IMG/VR virus record: IMGVR_UViG_3300032024_000273
Span: 1-34,146 of that record
Direction: 5' to 3' (one strand)
DNA length: 34,146 nucleotides
From: a virus
Taxonomy: Duplodnaviria; Caudoviricetes
Part shown: in pieces, positions 28,128 to 34,146 of the stretch
How positions within the stretch are numbered: the first letter of the stretch is position 1
Layout of the letters: each line of letters begins with the position of its first letter
Position numbers and translations under genes: made by a program
The notes under the pieces: model-generated
What the model was told of the DNA's origin: nothing
Databases searched by the model: none
Seen by the model: the letters and a program-made list of their open reading frames with translations, nothing else

Positions 28128-28277
28128 GAAACGAAATCCTTTCTCAGGGTTCTGGCGCTAGACAAGGATCGCCGCAGCGCGGACCCCTCGGGCTCTCCCC
28201 CCAGGAGGACCCGCGAAATGTAAACGGCCTCGCATGCCACCATCGGGGACATGGGTCATCTCCGCGAGCGGAGCGCG
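28108..28277. repeat. Direct repeat copy A (170 bp, includes a 24-bp segment at 28156-28179)
   Basis: Matches 32013-32158 at 145/146 nt apart from the indel. Confidence 0.97.
28155..28212 (-). other. Putative cos packaging site (cosQ-like GGGTCCT plus cosN-like dyad)
   Basis: GGGTCCT (28212-28206), 25 nt, then GCGCT-GCGGCGATCCTTGTCT-AGCGC; shares GCGGCGA with the lambda cohesive end; upstream of terS. Confidence 0.6.
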
Positions 28278-28924
28278 ACGTCGATGGCTCCCAGTATGTT
28301 CGGCCCCCACCGTTCGGCCACTATTCGCTGCGCGGTCGCGAAGAAGCTGAGGTCGGCGGGGATGGGCACCGCGCGCTTGAATGTCCACAATGTCCTGATC
28401 GTGCTCCCAACGTTCATGACGATCAGCTTGTTGCCCTCACGATCCGTGATCGCGAACACCGGCACTCCTCGGCTTACCCCGAACCGGCTGCGTGTCCTCG
28501 TCCGTCCGCCGCGCGTCAGGCTGCCCGGCAGTTTGGACAGGTGCAGTGGGTCTGATCGCCTGATGACAAGGTTAGGCTGATTGAGGCGAGGGACAGGAAT
28601 GGCCAGGGTTCCGGATCCCGCTGGGCGCTTGCTCCCACCTTCCTCGAACTTCGCCAAGAAGTTGCTCTTCGGGTCAATGCGCACCATGGCCACCAGCTTT
28701 GCCTTGGTGGCGAAATCAGACCGCTCCCTCTTGATTGTGTTTAGCACGAACCCCGGACGCCGCAAGGTGAACTTTGCTTGCACGCGACCACGCATAGCCG
28801 CCTGAAAGTCGTCCGCCGTGCGGTTCAGCCCCACCGACGCCGCGAACGGCAACTGTTTCTGCAGCCCTTCCATGTCCCTGATGGCCTCGTCGAGCCCGTC
28901 GAGGGTCAGGCTGATCTCGGGCAT
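28256..28924 (-). CDS. gpZ-like tail completion/minor tail protein
   Basis: KQLPFAASVGLNRTA and ATKAKLVAMV motifs; GAGGAGGGAG SD; typical pre-terminase position. Confidence 0.7.
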   Translation of the reverse strand: MPEISLTLDGLDEAIRDMEGLQKQLPFAASVGLNRTADDFQAAMRGRVQAKFTLRRPGFVLNTIKRERSDFATKAKLVAMVRIDPKSNFLAKFEEGGSKRPAGSGTLAIPVPRLNQPNLVIRRSDPLHLSKLPGSLTRGGRTRTRSRFGVSRGVPVFAITDREGNKLIVMNVGSTIRTLWTFKRAVPIPADLSFFATAQRIVAERWGPNILGAIDVALRSRR

Positions 28925-29107
28925 CGTGCACTCCCTCCTCAGAGATCATGGTCGAGGCGCGATCGGCTCTGAACCGCTCGAGCACCTACCAAGCTAGGGG
29001 CGGCCATCGGCACCGAGCAAGAGACGGCGGCCCCAGGATGGCGGGGTCCACTCCCGGCTCGGGCTCTCCAGGGGGCGCGGTGAATCCAGTAGCCTCTCCA
29101 GTCCCTC

Positions 29108-29308
29108 TCAAACTCGATCTTCATGGGAGATCCTTTCGGGGGCCTCGGTCGTTTCCTCCCGTACCACGCGGAGCAGGGCCGAGAGGGCGCGATCATACCT
29201 CTTCACCGCAGCAGGGTACCTGTCCGGAGGGGCACTCGCCCACATGTCCTCACAGTATTTTCGAGCGGCCTTCAGTCGCTTCCGGGCCGTGCGTTCTTGT
29301 GGCGTCAT
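29108..29308 (-). CDS. Small hypothetical protein (MTPQERTARKRL...)
   Basis: AGGAGA upstream, ATGA overlap. Confidence 0.45.
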   Translation of the reverse strand: MTPQERTARKRLKAARKYCEDMWASAPPDRYPAAVKRYDRALSALLRVVREETTEAPERISHEDRV

Positions 29309-29360
29309 GGGATTTCTCTGGTCTCCTGCCGGTACTTCTCCAGGCTCACTGTGACCTCGG

Positions 29361-29795
29361 TCACCTTCTCGCAGGCCCACGACGTAGATTCCGCCACGAC
29401 CACCGCGAGGAAGGCCGCCTCTGCGGCCCGCATGGGCGGGGGTTGCCAGGAGCCCATCCGGCCGGACCGTCGCCCGGTCCCCCTGGCGTGGCTCGCCAGC
29501 ACGGGCGTGGTGTGGGACTCACAGGCCCCTCTCGGGGGAGCGGGTGCGCGCACCACTCCTGGTGCTGCATGAGCCCGTACGGAGGCCGGACAGGAGCCCA
29601 TCCGGCCGGACCGTCCCACACCACGCCCGTGAGCAGAGCATCCGGAGAGGGCGCTGCGTGCCGTGGATCAGGAGGGCGCGAGCCACGGACCAGGGTCCGG
29701 TTGATCGCGATCTCTTGGGCGCGCGGCGCGAACTTGCTGAATCGCTCCATCAGACTCAGGAAGTCTTTAGCGTCCACCGTTACTTCGGCGAGCAT
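29361..29795 (-). pseudogene. ORF with a gpZ-like N-terminal ~35 aa followed by repeat-derived sequence
   Basis: GGAGG SD; MLAEVTVDAKDFLSLMERFSKFAPRAQEIAINRTL parallels the N-terminus of 28256-28924. Confidence 0.4.
29447..29631. repeat. Interlocked 25-bp direct repeat and 19-bp inverted repeat
   Basis: DR 29447-29471 = 29591-29615; IR 29500-29518 vs 29613-29631. Confidence 0.9.
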
Positions 29796-30049
29796 TGGCC
29801 CTCCAAGGTTTTGCTTGGCCCCACCACATCCCGTGTAGAGTATACAACCGACCGCTGTGCGTTCCATCGTTTCAGGCACGCGAGATGGTGGGCCTCTCGC
29901 CCGACTTGGGCCCATCGCCGGCAGTCGAGGTCGTGCAGTCCCACGGCCACCAGCTTGGGCAACGAGGCAAGGGCCACCAACACCACGACCCACGACGCGA
30001 GTCCCGCGGTCTGCGTGAGCCCTTGGGTCACCATGGCGGTCTCCATCAT
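29780..30049 (-). CDS. Small membrane protein, hypothetical
   Basis: ATGA overlap; LASWVVVLVALASLPKLVAVGL hydrophobic segment. Confidence 0.45.
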   Translation of the reverse strand: MMETAMVTQGLTQTAGLASWVVVLVALASLPKLVAVGLHDLDCRRWAQVGREAHHLACLKRWNAQRSVVYSTRDVVGPSKTLEGQCSPK

Positions 30050-30423
30050 GCGCGCTGGCCCCGCTTGAACCAGAGCCGCGCGACGCCATGATCCCGGTGC
30101 TCGGTGCGCTGCTCCCATCCCAGGCAGCCGAGGTAGCGGGCGAACACCTCGCACTCCCTGTCCCACGCCTCCTGTGCTTTGCTGCCCTCAGGACGCGTGC
30201 TCCGGCTGACACGGATCTCCAAGGCCTCGGCCTTCTGTCGCATGGCCACGCACGCACCACCTCGGAGGACATACCAGACCCAGCGCCCCGGGAGCACTCG
30301 AGCCTCGGCCCGAAGGGCAAGCCCCAGCGTCATGAGCCCCTGATGCCAGGTGCGTCCGGGAGGCGGATCTTTTTCCGGTGGCGCGCCGAGCTCACCAGGC
30401 TGATCGAGGGCGTCGGTGCTCAT
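30046..30423 (-). CDS. Hypothetical protein
   Basis: 125 aa, ATGA overlaps at both ends, globular composition. Confidence 0.65.
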   Translation of the reverse strand: MSTDALDQPGELGAPPEKDPPPGRTWHQGLMTLGLALRAEARVLPGRWVWYVLRGGACVAMRQKAEALEIRVSRSTRPEGSKAQEAWDRECEVFARYLGCLGWEQRTEHRDHGVARLWFKRGQRA

Positions 30424-30638
30424 CGTGTCTTCCGGGCTTGCTTGCGTGCCACTTCAGCCACCTGCCGGCTTGACTCAACGAGCTCCTGCATTATCTCGCC
30501 CATGGGTCGTCCGCTTGGTGGGTGCGCAGCAGACCACGCCTCGATGTACCCCTCTGCTCGCGCGCGTATCTCTGGGTCCTCCGAGAGAGCAGGGAATCGC
30601 AGGTCATTGGGGCACTGGCCCCGCGGCGAGAAAATCAT
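30420..30638 (-). CDS. Small hypothetical protein or gene fragment
   Basis: Helical 72 aa; stop overlaps the next ATG; start uncertain. Confidence 0.4.
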   Translation of the reverse strand: MIFSPRGQCPNDLRFPALSEDPEIRARAEGYIEAWSAAHPPSGRPMGEIMQELVESSRQVAEVARKQARKTR

Positions 30639-31563
30639 CGGGGGGGAGGTTGCTCTCCGCGGAGTCCCGCCACCTCGACCACGACTCGGCGACAGTCAGC
30701 AGGTCCTCGATGCCGCTCCAGAGCGAGAGCCATGCGGTGCGCTCCATCCATTGACCCATCTGCTCAACCCGCGAAAAGTCGAGAGCGCTCCCCCAGGGAA
30801 GCCACGGGACCACGAGACGGAGCTGAACCTCGCGATCGCCCATCACCGACCGGCGCTCGGTCGCGCGGAGATCGTCGATCAGGACCTGGTGGGCGAGGCC
30901 GTCGATGGCGCGCGTGATCGGATCGATGACGCTCTGCGTGGGCACCGGCGGACTCACCGGGGGGCGCGTCATCAACACTGTGACACAGAGCTGGTCCTCG
31001 GGGGCCGCATGGGCCCGGAGCCAGCGCACCGCCGGCGCGATCGGGACCACTGCGGAGACGCCGCCATCCACCCACAGGCCGGGATGACCCGGGATCCGCA
31101 CGGCGGGGAAGGAGCCGGGTACGGAGGAGCTGGCGAGCGTGGCGGCGATCCGGGCATCTGCGTCCACCTGGTCGAGCCAGACGACCTCACCCCGCTGCGA
31201 CTCGACGTCGTACACCGTGACCCCGCAGGGAGTGGTCGGCGCCGGGGATGATCGGATGAGGTCGGCGAGTGGAGCCGGATCGAACATGGCCCCGCGGCGG
31301 AGGACGGCCGCGATCTGACCCACCACGCCGAGAGCGGGCCGCTTGAAAATCGTCTTCTCGCCGCGTCGCGCCACCTCGTCGTACACCGACTGGAGGTGCG
31401 TCAGCCCACCGCCCGCCATTCCGAGGGCGGTGAGTGCGCCCGTCGAGGTCCCAATCCAGCAGTCGACGTGCGCGGGGAGGACGCCGGCCTCGATCGCGCC
31501 CAGTTGGAGCGAGCCGCGCGCGCCACCGCCGGCGCAGACGACGGCATGCCAGGTGCGGGTCAT
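30604..31563 (-). CDS. Patatin-like phospholipase
   Basis: AGGGARG oxyanion loop, GTSTG nucleophile, ASSSVPGSFP and WVDGG; start set by ATGA overlap. Confidence 0.9.
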   Translation of the reverse strand: MTRTWHAVVCAGGGARGSLQLGAIEAGVLPAHVDCWIGTSTGALTALGMAGGGLTHLQSVYDEVARRGEKTIFKRPALGVVGQIAAVLRRGAMFDPAPLADLIRSSPAPTTPCGVTVYDVESQRGEVVWLDQVDADARIAATLASSSVPGSFPAVRIPGHPGLWVDGGVSAVVPIAPAVRWLRAHAAPEDQLCVTVLMTRPPVSPPVPTQSVIDPITRAIDGLAHQVLIDDLRATERRSVMGDREVQLRLVVPWLPWGSALDFSRVEQMGQWMERTAWLSLWSGIEDLLTVAESWSRWRDSAESNLPPDDFLAAGPVPQ

Positions 31564-31805
31564 ATCTGCCAGTCCTCGTCTGGTTCCCACTCCCCGTCGT
31601 CTATTCGTTCCCTGATCGACCGCTTGGTCGCGCAGACCGTGCTCTTCAGGAGGTCGGCGAGCTCGGTCCGCGTGCGCGGAATCCGTGCCCGGAGAAGTAT
31701 GGGGCCCGGGAATTCCGGCTCCGCGTCCACGGCGGCGAGGCACCGGTCCTGTTCCAGCCGAACGGTAAGTCCATGGAGGCGCGGGAAGTCGTCGGTGTCG
31801 CTCAT
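31560..31805 (-). CDS. Small hypothetical protein (MSDTDDFPRL...)
   Basis: GGAG SD, ATGA overlaps at both ends. Confidence 0.55.
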   Translation of the reverse strand: MSDTDDFPRLHGLTVRLEQDRCLAAVDAEPEFPGPILLRARIPRTRTELADLLKSTVCATKRSIRERIDDGEWEPDEDWQI

Positions 31806-32032
31806 GCTGGCGTCTCCGGACCCACGCAACCAGTCCAAGATATCACAACCAACAGACGGCACGTGAATCCCTCCCCTTCCAGGCGCGTGATTAACTCAGC
31901 CTGCTGGCGTTCCCCGTCGCACTCGACGACGACGCTGTGGATGGTTTCTCCGAGCTGCGGTGAGCCGTCTCCAGGCGAACCGCCGCCTGACCCTGCGATC
32001 AAGTCGGCGAGGTTTTTGAGGGGTCTGGTCAC
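31802..32032 (-). CDS. 76-aa ORF resembling the C-terminal domain of phage ParB-like proteins
   Basis: Same SD and GTG start as the ParB fragment; SVVVECDGERQQAELITRLEGEGFTCRLL motif. Confidence 0.55.
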   Translation of the reverse strand: MTRPLKNLADLIAGSGGGSPGDGSPQLGETIHSVVVECDGERQQAELITRLEGEGFTCRLLVVISWTGCVGPETPA

Positions 32033-32158
32033 GAAACGAAATCCTTTCTCAGGGTTCTGGCGGACCCCTCGGGCTCTCCCCCCAGGAGGACCCGCGAAAT
32101 GTAAACGGCCTCGCATGCCACCATCGGGGACATGGGTCATCTCCGCGAGCGGAGCGCG
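32013..32158. repeat. Direct repeat copy B (146 bp; lacks the cosN-like core)
   Basis: Matches 28108-28277 except one C/G substitution and a 24-bp gap. Confidence 0.97.
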
Positions 32159-32790
32159 TGGAAGGGGAACGCGGGGTCCGGGCGCTGCGTCTCCAGAAGA
32201 GATCTCAACGACCGAAGCTCCGCGAGCGCCTTGGGTCCCATGCCGCGGTTCTTTGCGAGGTCCTCTTCACGTGTGGCGAGAAGCTCTTCGAGTGTCCTCA
32301 CGCCCACCCGCATCAGGATGTTCAGCACCTTCATGGAGAGCCCGCAATCACGGAGATCGGTATTACCCGCATTACCCGCCTGATCCCGTACCACATCGTC
32401 TCGCCGCTGCCGCTCGGCCTTCTCGGCCTTCTCGGACTCCTCGGCCTCCTCGGCCAGCCAAGCCCTCTCTCGGCCATATTCTGGATGAGCGCAGAGCTTT
32501 TCCCACACGGGTGTCGGGATCGTCACCGTGACATGACCGGGTCTCTCTTCCTCTGCCTCGGTCTCGGCCAAGAGACGGAGAAGCGCCGAGAACTGCTTCG
32601 CGTAATACTGGTCCCGAATCTGCTTCACTCGGGTGAACTTCTCCAGATGGAGACGCCGCGCGGTCTCCTGTCGTGAGGCGCCTTTCTTCTCGTCCTGCAG
32701 CACCTGGGCGCCCCGAGGCATTTCTTCCTCCGACCACCACCCCCCCTTCTTGTGGCCGGGAAGGGTCCAGAGGTCCTCGTCGCCTATCAT
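32137..32790 (-). CDS. Putative transcription regulator: sigma4-like HTH plus RNA polymerase alpha-CTD-like domain
   Basis: [22 protein letters not shown]; [47 protein letters not shown]. Confidence 0.8.
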   Translation of the reverse strand: MIGDEDLWTLPGHKKGGWWSEEEMPRGAQVLQDEKKGASRQETARRLHLEKFTRVKQIRDQYYAKQFSALLRLLAETEAEEERPGHVTVTIPTPVWEKLCAHPEYGRERAWLAEEAEESEKAEKAERQRRDDVVRDQAGNAGNTDLRDCGLSMKVLNILMRVGVRTLEELLATREEDLAKNRGMGPKALAELRSLRSLLETQRPDPAFPFHALRSRR

Positions 32791-32857
32791 GTCAGTCTCC
32801 TGGCGCGGAAACCGCCGGCTTCAGGCGACGCCGCAATGCGGTCCAACGCCTCGTCCG

Positions 32858-33520
32858 TCATGCGCTCCACCCACTCGCCCCAGCCGTGCTCCGTCTCGGG
32901 GTCGTCCTCGGGCCGCCCGGTACCCGCCCGACCGCCCGAGGGCTCACAGGGGCGCTCAGGGCCTTGGCCGTGCCCGCGACCAGACGCCGCACCGAGACCT
33001 CGGGGGACAGCGGGCGGTACGGCGCCCGTGTGAGGGACCGCAGGGTGGCCGGAGGCGGGAGCACCGGGGGCTCGCCGCTCCGGGCCGCTGCCGCGTACGC
33101 CTCGCCGAACGCCTTGCGCGTCCAGGTGTCATCCTCGCGGAGGCGGGCCGGGCTCCCGCCCGCGGCCACATGGGCCTCGGCCGCCGCGCGGCCGAGGTGG
33201 TCCCGGATCTCCGCCTCGATCCAGTAGCCGCCCCGGTGCGGGTCGTAGCGCTCCAGCGCCCCGAGGGCCGCGTAGACCCGCGCCGCCTCGGCCGCGAGGT
33301 CGCGCGGGGGCACCGCGTAGTCGCGGAGAACCGCGGGAGGAGGGTAGTAGCGCTCCCGGCCCAGGGCCTGACGCACCGCGTGGCGGATCCGGTCCAGCGG
33401 GAGGTCCGACAGGACCTCGGCCCAGACGCGCACCATTTCGCGGGTGATGGGGCGCCCCGGGTTCGGGAGCCCTGCGAGCGGGGCCATGGCCTCGATGATG
33501 TCTTCCACGGAGGGTCTCAT
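32858..33520 (-). CDS. Putative helicase loader/inhibitor (G39P- or P-like)
   Basis: [20 protein letters not shown]...YYPPPAVLR motif; directly downstream of the initiator. Confidence 0.65.
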   Translation of the reverse strand: MRPSVEDIIEAMAPLAGLPNPGRPITREMVRVWAEVLSDLPLDRIRHAVRQALGRERYYPPPAVLRDYAVPPRDLAAEAARVYAALGALERYDPHRGGYWIEAEIRDHLGRAAAEAHVAAGGSPARLREDDTWTRKAFGEAYAAAARSGEPPVLPPPATLRSLTRAPYRPLSPEVSVRRLVAGTAKALSAPVSPRAVGRVPGGPRTTPRRSTAGASGWSA

Positions 33521-34146
33521 GCGGCGTCGTCCTCGGGTCGGGGTGGGGTCGCCTCGGCCTCGCGGGCGAGACGCTCCGCGACGGCCAGTGCGTGCGCTTC
33601 GCGGAACGCGTCCAACGGGTCCGGCGGGCCGGCGCGCCGGGAGACCCGCGGCGCGGCGGTGCCCGCCAGGGTCCGGATCTCCTCCCGCTCCCAGGTTTCC
33701 CGGACGGCGCCGTCGAAATACCGCAGGCTGGTGGGCTGCCGGTTGCGGGCGGTGGGCTGGTACCGGCTCGCCACGTCCCGGATGACGCCCTCGGCCAGGT
33801 CGGCGGGGATCCCGTCGGCCTCCCAGGAGACCTTGCCCGCCTGCTCGCTGGCGCAGACCTCCCGACGATTGGTGCCGAGGGCCGGGTTGTCGGCGAGCCC
33901 GGCGTTGAAGGCCACGACACAGCGCGTGAGATAGGGCAGTGCTGAAGCAGATGCGGCTGCCCCCCGCGCGCGCTCGCGCGGCAGTTTTCTTCTGTTAGTG
34001 GTAGTACTGGTTGTAGTTCTAGTTGTAGTACTAGTTGTTATCGGGATGGGTTCCGGAGGGGTTCCGGAGGGGTTCCGAAGGGGTTCCGGATGGGTTCCGG
34101 AGGGGTTCCGAAGGGGTTCCGGAGGGGTTCCGGAGGGGTTCCGAAG
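33517..34146 (-). CDS. Phage replication initiator (O-like), 5' end outside the window
   Basis: Frame open from the window end through the repeats (LRNPSGTPPEP x3, poly-Thr); SLRYFDGAV DnaD-like C-terminal motif. Confidence 0.75.
   Translation of the reverse strand, partial: LRNPSGTPPEPLRNPSGTHPEPLRNPSGTPPEPIPITTSTTTRTTTSTTTNRRKLPRERARGAAASASALPYLTRCVVAFNAGLADNPALGTNRREVCASEQAGKVSWEADGIPADLAEGVIRDVASRYQPTARNRQPTSLRYFDGAVRETWEREEIRTLAGTAAPRVSRRAGPPDPLDAFREAHALAVAERLAREAEATPPRPEDDAA
33984..34145. repeat. Iteron array (9 x 11 bp, 34047-34145) plus adjacent AT-rich 12-bp repeats: probable replication origin
   Basis: KGGGTTCCGRA x9; minus-strand ACAACTAGTACT-like x3-4 followed by AGAAGAAAA. Confidence 0.85.

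Larger units (their letters stand above)
1737..34146 (-). mobile_element. Lambda-like tailed phage/prophage (replication, packaging, head, non-contractile tail, lysis modules), partial
   Basis: Colinear terS-terL-gpW-portal-protease/capsid-tail tube-chaperone-TMP-Dit-tail tip-endolysin, with pervasive ATGA/GTGA/TGATG gene overlaps. Confidence 0.97.

Noticed and set aside
28939-29433. Short ORFs 28939-29124 and 29305-29433
   Set aside because: Weak coding signal and uncertain starts; possibly fragments, so not listed as features.
30604-31563. Complete CBASS system
   Set aside because: No CD-NTase or Cap2/Cap3 recognisable nearby.
28108-32158. Repeat pair as a DGR template/variable repeat or as attL/attR
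   Set aside because: No reverse transcriptase or integrase in the window; the only substitution is C/G rather than adenine-specific; phage genes continue on both sides.
34047-34146. 11-bp tandem array as a CRISPR array or telomere
   Set aside because: No spacers and no cas genes; it lies in frame within the initiator gene and fits iterons.

Overview
High-GC (about 70% by eye) segment of a lambda-like siphovirus or prophage, encoded almost entirely on the minus strand and truncated at both ends. In transcription order (right to left): replication initiator with an internal iteron origin; helicase-loader-like gene; a sigma4-like HTH plus RNA polymerase alpha-CTD fusion; a 3.9-kb accessory block (patatin phospholipase, gpZ-like gene, small ORFs and gene fragments) bracketed by two near-identical copies of a cos-like packaging region, one lacking exactly the 24-bp cosN-like core; a broken ParB-like gene and a convergent ASCH gene; terS, terL, wHTH, gpW, portal; an S49 protease-capsid fusion with an internal start; head-tail and tail genes with a -1 frameshift chaperone; tape measure, Dit and a tail tip with six Ig-like repeats; a split lysis cassette interleaved with further structural genes; and two convergent plus-strand genes preceded by repeated CC-GCYGR-GG hairpins. 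No integrase, repressor, tRNA or CRISPR array is visible. The host may be Gemmatimonadota-like (weak inference from GC content and the style of the Big-1 repeats). All family calls come from motif recognition by eye, not from database searches.
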